From: Trueperaceae bacterium | Lineage (GTDB): Bacteria > Deinococcota > Deinococci > Deinococcales > Trueperaceae | Assembly (NCBI GenBank): GCA_040905465.1 | Contig: JBBDRK010000018.1 | Span: 2,475 to 52,428, forward strand | DNA length: 49,954 nucleotides | Reading direction: 5' to 3' | Shown here: in pieces, positions 19,030 through 26,945 of the stretch | Layout: each line of letters begins with the position of its first letter | Position numbering within the stretch: the stretch's first letter is position 1 | Notes under the pieces: generated by a model | The model's database searches: none | Told to the model about the DNA's origin: nothing | The model's input: only the letters and a program-made list of their open reading frames with translations | Made by a program: the position numbers and the translations under genes

Positions 19030-19128
19030 TCACAATCGGAAGCTGATGGATTCGGTACTACCTTCAACATCCCCGCGGGTCAAGCGGAGCGCTGAACCGA
19101 AGCAAATGAGTGTCGGTTTTACGTACAT
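19030..19128 (-). CDS. Lasso peptide precursor MYVKPTLICFGSALRLTR-GDVEGSTESISFRL (32 aa; not in the ORF track)
   Basis: Strong RBS AAAGGAGGTG; YxxPxL RRE-binding motif; Gly and Thr(-2) leader hallmarks; core Gly1 with Glu8; directly downstream of the cyclase and followed by a hairpin. Confidence 0.92.
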   Translation of the reverse strand: MYVKPTLICFGSALRLTRGDVEGSTESISFRL

Positions 19129-19160
19129 GTTTCACCTCCTTTCCACCAGCCTTGGTCACG

Positions 19161-20969
19161 TTACCGTCGTACGCCGGTCGCGGACCGGCGGCTGGGCAGA
19201 TTCGTCGGGTCGTCCTTGACGAAACGCGAGAAGAACCAGCGTTCGTCTGCGAGGATGTAAACGATTTCTGCATCGCGAGAGAGCCGGCCGTCCCGGAACG
19301 CCTCGGCCAACTCTCGCATGCGCTGCGCCTCGAGGACATTCAACTCGGCCAGAATCGGCTCGCGGAGCCAAGCACTGACGTTCGGCCAATTGGCTCGGAT
19401 CCCGAATGCGTAGGCTTCCGTAAAACCGGTTTTCAGTTTGCGCTCGAGAATGGCCTGCGGGAGTCGCCCGCTCATGGCCTCTCGCAGCACCCGTTTGCCG
19501 ATCCCACCGCCTGCCTTCAAGGCCGCCGGCGTCGCGAGCGCGTGCTCTACGAGCGGCCTGTAGAGGAAGGGGTAACGAAACTCGACCGCAAGCCGTGGCT
19601 GCTGCCGTAGACCCGGTTCGGTCGAGCGAAGGAAATTGACTGCGTCCAGGTTGCCATCTGCCTGCCTGGCGACGCTGGTTGACAGTGCATGCTCCATGGC
19701 CCGAGCCTTGCGCGCAACCTTTGCGGAGGCCCATGGGAGCCTTGCGACCGGAATGCGACCTGGCAGCAAGGTGCTCTTCGCGACCGACCAAAACGGCTTC
19801 TCGCGCGCGTCACCCCACATTCGCAACTCCCGGTAGGCACTGAGGAACCGGCCCTCCTGCAACAGCTGCCGCGCCGCACCCACGCCGCCAGTCATCGTGC
19901 CGTCACTACCGTGTCCCGACAGAACTATGCGACAACCTGCCGGCAACGACTGATACAGTCCGACGCGGACCCCGAACAGGACGTCCTGAGTCGGCTCATC
20001 GAACATCGTCGGCAGGCAGAGCCCGGAGTCTGCTCCGCCTGGCTCATGGTGCTCGGCGTACACCCGCTTCCATGGGCGAGATCCTACCAGCGGACGGCTG
20101 AATTCACGCTCGTCCACCGTCGGCCATGCGTCCGACACGATCGAGAGGGCGAGGGGCACTGTGCCGAGGCTCAATGCAGTCGCGTAGATGCTCGTAGAGT
20201 CCATACCGCCCGAGACGTCGCATCCGATCTGGCCCCGCCCACGCAAGGCAGCCTGAACCGCTTGATCGAGCAGCGCTCGTGTCCGCTCCGCGGCCTCCGC
20301 GGTTTCCATACGCTGGTACCTGACCGGCAACTCGTAATATCTCCAGAATCGCGCCGGCTTCCCTGGTTCCGCCACTACCGATTCGCCCGGCATCAGCCGC
20401 TTAACGCTCCTATACGGTGTCAAAGTAGTAGGCGGCACGAGTGCTGCGAGCTGAAGCAGAAAGTAGTCGCGGTCCAGGTGCGCGCCAACCCGGGGGTGGG
20501 CCGTAAGAGCGCCGATTTCGGAGGCCATCGCGAACAAACCGTTGGACTCCGCGAAGAAAAGCGGCCTCACTCCAAACCGATCCCGAAACGCCAACACTCG
20601 CTCGCCATCCCATGCGATCACGGCGAAATCGCCTTCCAGCTTGCTTGGCGCGGTATCCCCCCACTTGGCGATAGCTGCAGCCACCAGTTCGGCTTCCGAT
20701 GCTTCATTGTTCATGCCGAGCGATGCTTCCAGATCTGGGCGGTTGTCCAACCGCGCATCGGCCGCCACCGTTACGTTGCGCACGGTTACAGGTTGATGCC
20801 CGTCCTCCGGCAGCGTGTCGAGCCTGGCGCAACCTATCGTCAGGGGACCCAAGGTGAGACTGTCACTACCGTCGGGCGCGCGCGACTCAAGCGCCCGCAG
20901 CATTGGCGCGAGTGCACCGGACCCCGCCTGGCTTGATGTGAGTTCAAGGATTGCGGCAATGCCACTCAT
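19161..20969 (-). CDS. Lasso peptide cyclase (C protein, asparagine synthetase-like)
   Basis: AsnB fold with N-terminal MSGI (no glutaminase Cys); SGGMDS ATP-PPase motif; RYPFL; coupled to B1/B2. Confidence 0.93.
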   Translation of the reverse strand: MSGIAAILELTSSQAGSGALAPMLRALESRAPDGSDSLTLGPLTIGCARLDTLPEDGHQPVTVRNVTVAADARLDNRPDLEASLGMNNEASEAELVAAAIAKWGDTAPSKLEGDFAVIAWDGERVLAFRDRFGVRPLFFAESNGLFAMASEIGALTAHPRVGAHLDRDYFLLQLAALVPPTTLTPYRSVKRLMPGESVVAEPGKPARFWRYYELPVRYQRMETAEAAERTRALLDQAVQAALRGRGQIGCDVSGGMDSTSIYATALSLGTVPLALSIVSDAWPTVDEREFSRPLVGSRPWKRVYAEHHEPGGADSGLCLPTMFDEPTQDVLFGVRVGLYQSLPAGCRIVLSGHGSDGTMTGGVGAARQLLQEGRFLSAYRELRMWGDAREKPFWSVAKSTLLPGRIPVARLPWASAKVARKARAMEHALSTSVARQADGNLDAVNFLRSTEPGLRQQPRLAVEFRYPFLYRPLVEHALATPAALKAGGGIGKRVLREAMSGRLPQAILERKLKTGFTEAYAFGIRANWPNVSAWLREPILAELNVLEAQRMRELAEAFRDGRLSRDAEIVYILADERWFFSRFVKDDPTNLPSRRSATGVRR

Positions 20970-21361
20970 GGCGTGGCCTCGACGTCCCGAACTATCGGTA
21001 GGCTCTCAACCAGCGCTGTGAATTCGCGCCTCACAGCTTGTCGGTCACTCAGAACCTGCCCGTCGCACTCGACCCAAGCGTGTGCCGCGAACGGGAAGCG
21101 CCGAACGGCGATCACCAGGGACACCGGGTATCCGCGCCGCCTAAGCAAGCGGGCGATGGCGATGGCTTGGGGCAGACAACGCGCGCCCGGGCGGTAATAG
21201 AGCGCTGCCGCCTGCACCTGTCGAGCGCACATTCGCATCGATCGCATTTCGGCTGAAGTGACCTCTCTGTTGCAGCAGTCCGGTAGGCTCGCTACCACTC
21301 GCTGGACTCCTCGCGTCAGGACGTCGAGGTCTGCCCGCACGAGGGCAAGATATGAAGTCAC
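20966..21361 (-). CDS. Lasso peptide leader peptidase B2 (transglutaminase-like)
   Basis: RCLPQA catalytic Cys; PFAAHAWVE His motif. Confidence 0.93.
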   Translation of the reverse strand: MTSYLALVRADLDVLTRGVQRVVASLPDCCNREVTSAEMRSMRMCARQVQAAALYYRPGARCLPQAIAIARLLRRRGYPVSLVIAVRRFPFAAHAWVECDGQVLSDRQAVRREFTALVESLPIVRDVEATP

Positions 21362-21636
21362 GACTTGCCGCGTTGCAGGAGCCCAACGCGTTGCAGGTCG
21401 TGCAGAAGGGACCGCATGTCGCTTGAAACGACGTCAACGGAAACTTCATAGTCCTCCGAAATCTTAAGTACCGTCGCCGCTAGGTCGTCGTGCTCCAGGG
21501 CGCGCCAGATGCGAACCCCAATGTCGTCCAACCCGAAGTACTGGCCGTTGGGCGATATCAGTAGGAGGCTTTCGCCGTCGGCCGTCACCCGAACGTCGTG
21601 CGGTATCGTCCAACTGCCGGTTTCATCTGCTGTCAT
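21358..21636 (-). CDS. Lasso RiPP recognition element B1 (PqqD family)
   Basis: YFGLDDIGVRIWRAL…YEVSVDVVSSDMRSLLHDLQRVGLL PqqD/RRE pattern; 92 aa. Confidence 0.92.
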   Translation of the reverse strand: MTADETGSWTIPHDVRVTADGESLLLISPNGQYFGLDDIGVRIWRALEHDDLAATVLKISEDYEVSVDVVSSDMRSLLHDLQRVGLLQRGKS

Positions 21637-21683
21637 GCCATATCTTCCGGGTGCCCGGACTACCGCGCAATCCTCGTTCAGTG

Positions 21684-21701
21684 CTAGCCCATTTGGGCTA
21701 G
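21684..21701. promoter_or_regulatory. 18-bp inverted repeat upstream of the lasso operon (candidate LuxR/NarL-type operator)
   Basis: CTAGCCCA-TT-TGGGCTAG, perfect 8-2-8. Confidence 0.5.
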
Positions 21702-21742
21702 TCGCTTGGCAGTAGTAGAAAGCGGGAGGGGAGCATTGATGG

Positions 21743-22498
21743 CTAGCGCCAATCCGGTTCCCCTGTCTTCAGTTCGCATGCGGGGAACGGAATCAGGCCA
21801 TCGCGGATTGCGCAGAGGACCGCCGTGATCCTATCCGGTGCTCCGAGCTTGTGCCGAACGTTCATGACGTGCTGCTTTACTGTGTTCTCCGAGATGTTCA
21901 ACTGGCCGGCGACGCGCTTTATCCGCTGTCCGTGCGCCAGTGCCTCGAGAACCTCCAGCTCGCGGGGCGTCAGCAGCCTTCGTCGCGTGGCAGGACTACC
22001 TGCTGTTTCCAACTGGTCGGCGGCAAGTACGATACCCGCGCTGAACCGGGCCGGATCCGTCAACCTCGTGCCCCCGGGAGGCGTGATTCGCCAGTGCCCG
22101 ACCCTTACGGCGTCGAGAGAACGCTCCCGCGTCAGGAGCACGGGTACGAGCGGGTTCGCAGCAGCCCAAGCGAGGGCGACTGGTTCTGAACAATTGTCGA
22201 TGATGAGCAGTTCCGCTTCCAGCCACCGGGGTACACCCGAGGTGGCAAAAACCGGGCAGCGCTCACTGAGTACGCTCAGAAAAGCCGGCTCCCCTACGCA
22301 AGCGACGGTCGGAAAGCGGACGTTGATGCTTTCGGCGCGGTTGACGCCAGCTTCGTGCCGATCGGTTTCCCGTCGATCCCAGCCCATAGCAGCCCCCTGC
22401 CATACCAGGACAATTAGGAGAGTCCGGCATCCTGCGGCAGCCGCCGAGCGTTTGACGGATGCCGGCAGATTCTGCCGGCGCTTGTCACGCCTCTTCAA
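21743..22498 (-). CDS. LuxR/NarL C-terminal HTH transcriptional regulator (start uncertain, possibly ATG 22387 or later)
   Basis: LTPRELEVLEALAHG…ISENTVKQHVMNVRHKLG; degenerate receiver-like N-terminus. Confidence 0.85.
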   Translation of the reverse strand: MKRRDKRRQNLPASVKRSAAAAGCRTLLIVLVWQGAAMGWDRRETDRHEAGVNRAESINVRFPTVACVGEPAFLSVLSERCPVFATSGVPRWLEAELLIIDNCSEPVALAWAAANPLVPVLLTRERSLDAVRVGHWRITPPGGTRLTDPARFSAGIVLAADQLETAGSPATRRRLLTPRELEVLEALAHGQRIKRVAGQLNISENTVKQHVMNVRHKLGAPDRITAVLCAIRDGLIPFPACELKTGEPDWR

Positions 22499-22653
22499 TA
22501 AACCAAGGGAACCTCAGCTGGTCCTTACCGCCGCCTTACCCGGGATCATCGTCGACAGATTGATCGCCGGCCGAGTTCCGGCCGCACCATTGGGTTGCTC
22601 AGCAAATTGCCGTTGTATTCCACTGCGATGCCGCCCGCCGGTGGCATGACACG

Positions 22654-22929
22654 TTAGTCACGGTCTTCCAGTTCCCGTAACTCGTTCTCCGAAGGTGGCC
22701 GCAGCAGGTCCGCCAAGTCGATTCCAATGGCCATCGCAATTTTGTAGAGGGACTTCAATCGGGGATCCGAGACGTCGGATTCTCGCGCCTCGTACCGCTG
22801 CAGGATACGGACGTCGGCCGGGATCTTTCCGGCAACGTCTTCCTGGCTTAGCCCTCTGGTACGGCGCGCCTGCCTGATCCGCAGCCTGATGACGTCGAAA
22901 AGTAGGCGAAAAGCTGCATCATCGGCCAC
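22654..22929 (-). CDS. XRE family HTH transcriptional regulator (paralog 3, diverged)
   Basis: RIRQARRTRGLSQEDVA…LQRYE…DPRLKSLYKIA…P..NELREL, aligns with paralogs 1 and 2. Confidence 0.85.
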   Translation of the reverse strand: MADDAAFRLLFDVIRLRIRQARRTRGLSQEDVAGKIPADVRILQRYEARESDVSDPRLKSLYKIAMAIGIDLADLLRPPSENELRELEDRD

Positions 22930-23022
22930 ACGCCCATAATCGGAACGGTAGGAACCAAATGAACACGACAGACCTGTCGGGTTATCGACAGGCCCCGCAT
23001 CGGCGTAAGATCAGCTTTTACA

Positions 23023-25467
23023 GTGTGGCTCGAACGGCGGCTAGACCGGATCTGGCGCCATGACGCCGTGATCTTGAATGCGCCTCCGAAGATGGGGGTG
23101 CATAGGCTGATTTCTGCCGCTGCCGGTGATGGGCCGCTGGCATGGGTGGTGCTGGAAGCAACTGATCGAGGAGACCCGATCGCCCAAGGCATCAAGCTGT
23201 CGGACGGCCTGGCTGTCGCGGTGGGAAGCCGGCTGTTCCCGCGTGCTACCCCGGTCAATGCTGGCCTGGGATTGCTCAGGCGCTATCTTGATGCGCTGCG
23301 CCCGATTACGCTCGCACTTTCCGGCGTGGGAAACGGCGTGGAACTCGCAGCCGGCCTCATCGCCCTTCGGGCTCCGGACTGCCGCGTTTTACTGAGTGAC
23401 GACGCGATCTCCCTATCTGCGCTTACCGAACTCGCCGGATGTTCCGGCGCTCTGGTCCTCGACGAAGAAGCCCTCCGCCTGACCATGGTCGAAGCGAAGG
23501 TCGAGACTGCTGGACACGTTTCGGACGCGGATCTGCGGCGTCACCTGGACGAGACGGGCCATGCTTATGAGAGCTTACTGGTTCGGCTCGGAACGTCATA
23601 CGGCGACGCCATAAGTTCGGATCCGACTGCCGGCGGTCCCGACGTCACACCGGACCTCGAGATCGACATTCTGCTCGAGGCAGGCGAGTGGAGAGAGGCG
23701 GCTGAGTTGGCCGTGCGCAAGGCCTCGGCGAGGGCTCCCATGGTACTGCGGGACGTCGCCCCCATGTTCCATGAGCATGGTCTGCACCGAGCACTGTGGC
23801 GCCTGCTCGAACAGATTTCCAGCGAGGTTATTCGAGACGACGAGATTCTCTATTGGGAACTGACCGCCGCCGTAAGGTTAGGCAAGCAGCACGAGGTTCG
23901 CGATGTCGTGGAGGCGCGTCTCGCAAGTCGCGAGGCACCGGATCTGCGCGCCCTCCACGCGGGCGTGTTCCTGGACGTTGGGGACGCACGCCTGGAGGTT
24001 GAACGCGCATATCGAGCCCGGCAAACGGCCTTCACGGCTTATCAGTATGGACGCGTCCTGGCGAATGCCCGCGAGGGTGCGAGGATCCTCAAGGGGGCAG
24101 TGCGACTGGCAGAGGGCAGTGGGAGAGAGTACGACGTAACGCGCAACGCCAGCGCCTTGACGGCCCGACTGATCGATTCCGGTGAATATTCGCAGGCGGC
24201 GAGCTGGGGAGAGTGGGCGTTGGCTCGCTTCGACCGGCTGGAGTTGAGCAACACCCAGCAACGGCTCTACATCCTCAACAACTGGGCGTACGCGCGCCTA
24301 TTGACAGGCGAATCCGTCGGGTTGGAGGGGCTGCTGCGCGAGGCAGAGCAGGAGCTAGCAGGCGCATTCCCGGGCCTCAGGGCGCAGTTCCGCTCGACAC
24401 TTGGGGACTTTCTACTGGCCATGGACCGAGCCGATGAGTCGCTCGAGTACTACCAGACCAACTACGAAGAGGCACCCCGGAAGATGAAGGGAATTCGCGC
24501 GCTGAACCTGGTGAGAGCACTGTTGGAACAGGCTCCGGAGGAAGTCAAGTACGCGCGCGCGATTGCGAATGAGGCCTACGCCCTGAGCAGCATAGACGGA
24601 TGGGACTACCACCGCTCGGCTGTTCTGGCGTTGGGAATGGTGCTTGCGGTTTGCGATCCATACTCCGCCGAAGAGCATCTGACGCAAGTTCTCCGGAAAG
24701 AGCACGTCGCGTTACCGGTACCCCAGCACGTGCAGGCGACGCTGTACCTCGCATGCTCCAAGTTGGCGCTGGGCGAGTCGGAGCAGGCGCGGTCGCTAGT
24801 TGAGGGTTGCCCCAACGGCCTGAAATTCCTCACCGCGACCGGACTCCGACTGCTCGCCGGGCCGCCGGCGCGATTTCGTGAACTCTGGTCCTGGTGTAGC
24901 GGCAACTCGCCGACTCTCGAGCTTCGCTTTATGGGTCGCCGGGAAGTCCTCGTCAGAGGCGAGACGGTGTCTTTGGGCCTCCAGGCTTGTACCTTGCTGG
25001 CGCTTCTATCGCAATTTCCGCGAGGGCTGACTGCGACGCAACTGCTGTCCCACCTGAAGTACGAGAGCAGGAACTCGGCCGCACTCTACGCGGCCCTCTC
25101 CAAGCTCCGTCAACTGGTGCCGATCTCCGCGCCGCCTTACCGGCTCGAGGTGGACGTCACGGCCGACTTCATAGAAGCGCCGAAGTTGCTCCGTGACGGC
25201 CGGCTTCGCAGCGCGCTGGAACTCTACCGCGGTCCGCTGCTCGAGGAATCCGACGCGCCCGGAATCGTCGACCTGCGATCTTTCATCGACGAATCGTTCC
25301 GCCAGGCGACTCTTGTAGTTCACGATCCCGAGGCGAGCATGGCCCTTGCCCAACGGGTTGGTGATGATCTGGAGCTTTGGGAGCATGCCCTGGATTCGTT
25401 GAATTCGAACGACCCTCGGGCCCTCTTGGCGAGGGCCCGAGTTGCGCAGCTTCGTCGCGAGTACTAG
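23023..25467 (+). CDS. Large TPR-like regulator with C-terminal wHTH/BTAD-like region (MalT/SARP-related)
   Basis: Degenerate P-loop (NAPPKMG), helical repeats, C-terminal LELRFMG…LYAALSKLR…ALELYRGPLLEESDAP. Confidence 0.75.
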   Translation: MWLERRLDRIWRHDAVILNAPPKMGVHRLISAAAGDGPLAWVVLEATDRGDPIAQGIKLSDGLAVAVGSRLFPRATPVNAGLGLLRRYLDALRPITLALSGVGNGVELAAGLIALRAPDCRVLLSDDAISLSALTELAGCSGALVLDEEALRLTMVEAKVETAGHVSDADLRRHLDETGHAYESLLVRLGTSYGDAISSDPTAGGPDVTPDLEIDILLEAGEWREAAELAVRKASARAPMVLRDVAPMFHEHGLHRALWRLLEQISSEVIRDDEILYWELTAAVRLGKQHEVRDVVEARLASREAPDLRALHAGVFLDVGDARLEVERAYRARQTAFTAYQYGRVLANAREGARILKGAVRLAEGSGREYDVTRNASALTARLIDSGEYSQAASWGEWALARFDRLELSNTQQRLYILNNWAYARLLTGESVGLEGLLREAEQELAGAFPGLRAQFRSTLGDFLLAMDRADESLEYYQTNYEEAPRKMKGIRALNLVRALLEQAPEEVKYARAIANEAYALSSIDGWDYHRSAVLALGMVLAVCDPYSAEEHLTQVLRKEHVALPVPQHVQATLYLACSKLALGESEQARSLVEGCPNGLKFLTATGLRLLAGPPARFRELWSWCSGNSPTLELRFMGRREVLVRGETVSLGLQACTLLALLSQFPRGLTATQLLSHLKYESRNSAALYAALSKLRQLVPISAPPYRLEVDVTADFIEAPKLLRDGRLRSALELYRGPLLEESDAPGIVDLRSFIDESFRQATLVVHDPEASMALAQRVGDDLELWEHALDSLNSNDPRALLARARVAQLRREY

Positions 25468-25586
25468 TCCGCGTCGGCTGTCTCCTGCACGTCCGCGGAA
25501 TTGACGACAGGGTCGGTGGGCCGGTCTGGATCGGCCAGACCAAACGAGACAGCAAGCACCAGGATCAGCACGACAAGTCTTTTCAT
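25464..25586 (-). CDS. Small secreted peptide MKRLVVLILVLAVSFGLA-DPDRPTDPVVNSADVQETADAD (40 aa; not in the ORF track)
   Basis: RBS TAAGGAG; classic Sec signal (MKR, hydrophobic core, GLA cleavage); stop overlaps the regulator stop (CTAG). Confidence 0.75.
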   Translation of the reverse strand: MKRLVVLILVLAVSFGLADPDRPTDPVVNSADVQETADAD

Positions 25587-25702
25587 TGCGAGTCTCCTTA
25601 AGTGACGTGCTGCGCAGCTCCTGTCAGCCTATGGACTCGTCTTTACCCGGCACTGACCGCATACGGGCCGTTTCGGGCAAGGTGTAGGTTAGGAGAGCGT
25701 CG

Positions 25703-25817
25703 GCAAGCGCTTGACACCGTGGACGAAAAACGACTATCGTCAAACCAATCGAAATCTAGCAATCGTTTGCAGAGCTAGGCACCAGCAGTATCGACGCCGT
25801 TGCTGCAATCGATTGCA
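25703..25817 (+). promoter_or_regulatory. LacI gene promoter with LacI-type operators
   Basis: TTGACA (25711) -18- TATCGT (25735); operators gcaagcgcttg (25703), gcaatcgtttgc (25759), perfect tgcaatcgattgca (25804). Confidence 0.75.
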
Positions 25818-25835
25818 AAAGGTAGGGATCTTGAT

Positions 25836-26894
25836 ATGACTCTCATCGAGCTGGCCAGGGAACTCGGACTCAGCCCGTCGACGATTTCGCGGGCGATCAG
25901 TCGTCCCGACCTCGTGGCGGCCGAGACGCGTGAGCGCATCCTGGCGGCGGTGGAGGCTCACGGCTACCGCCCCAACGGGATCGCCAGGTCGCTTCGCCGG
26001 GGGGAGAGCAACACCATCGGCGTGATCGTCTCCGATCTGAAGAACCCGTTTTATTCCACGGTAGCCAAAGCGATCGAGAACCAGGTGTCAGACCACGGGT
26101 ACAGCTGCGTTATCTGCGACGCCGACGAGAGCGCCGAGAAGGAGGCGCATGCACTCGAACTGCTGGCCCAGCTCAAGGTGCGGGGCATCATCCATGCGTT
26201 CACCGGCGGCGACGTAGACACCCTCCGCCGGCTGCAGGCCGAGGGAATGCCACTCATCGAGATCGATCGCCGTTCGGACCTCCCGGGCGTCGACGCCGTC
26301 TTGCTCGACAACGCCCTCGGTGCGCGGCTGGCGGCCGAGCATCTGCTCGGGCTCGGCCATAGGCGGATCGCCATCGTCTCCGGTCCGGAGCGGCTCACCA
26401 CCGGCCGGCAACGACTCGAAGGCTTCCGAAAGGCGTTGGCGAACGCAGGTGTGACCCTCGACGATGAGTACACCGAGATCGGGGACTTCCGGGAGGCGTC
26501 TGGCTACCAGGCCACGAGCCGGCTCCTGCAGCTGGACGCTCCGCCGACGGCGCTGTTCGTTGCCAACAACGAGATGATGGCCGGAGCCTTGTCGGCTCTG
26601 CGCGAAGCCGGTGTCAACATCCCCCGCCAGATATCCTTGATCTCCTTCGACGACGTGCGTTGGGCGAAGTACGTCGATCCGCCGTTGACCATAATCGCCC
26701 AGCCGACCGAACAGTTCGGAGCGGTCGCCGCCGAGCTCTTCTGGGAGCGCTTGCATGGACGCACCGAACCGGTGGTCCGGATTCTGTCGCCGTCGCTGGT
26801 GGTGAGAGAGTCGTGCGCGCCCGTAACACCCGCCCCGGCCGGCGAGGTCGCCGCTTCCGCGTGGCGCCGAGGGGGTGACGCTGGAAAAGTTTGA
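25836..26894 (+). CDS. LacI family transcriptional regulator
   Basis: MTLIELARELGLSPSTISRA HTH; YRPNGIARSL hinge; sugar-binding domain. Confidence 0.95.
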   Translation: MTLIELARELGLSPSTISRAISRPDLVAAETRERILAAVEAHGYRPNGIARSLRRGESNTIGVIVSDLKNPFYSTVAKAIENQVSDHGYSCVICDADESAEKEAHALELLAQLKVRGIIHAFTGGDVDTLRRLQAEGMPLIEIDRRSDLPGVDAVLLDNALGARLAAEHLLGLGHRRIAIVSGPERLTTGRQRLEGFRKALANAGVTLDDEYTEIGDFREASGYQATSRLLQLDAPPTALFVANNEMMAGALSALREAGVNIPRQISLISFDDVRWAKYVDPPLTIIAQPTEQFGAVAAELFWERLHGRTEPVVRILSPSLVVRESCAPVTPAPAGEVAASAWRRGGDAGKV

Positions 26895-26907
26895 TCGGCC
26901 GGTGTCC

Positions 26908-26919
26908 TGCAATCGTTTG
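26908..26919. promoter_or_regulatory. LacI-type operator upstream of the sugar-binding protein gene
   Basis: tgcaatcgtttg, matches the sites at 25759 and 25804. Confidence 0.6.
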
Positions 26920-26945
26920 GCAACTCAATCGCTTCGGAGGAAGAG

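Noticed and set aside
19161-20969. Housekeeping asparagine synthetase (asnB)
   Set aside because: Lacks the N-terminal catalytic Cys (MSGI) and is coupled to an RRE, a B2 peptidase and a lasso precursor
21358-21636. PQQ biosynthesis gene pqqD
   Set aside because: No other pqq genes nearby; context shows it is the lasso RRE
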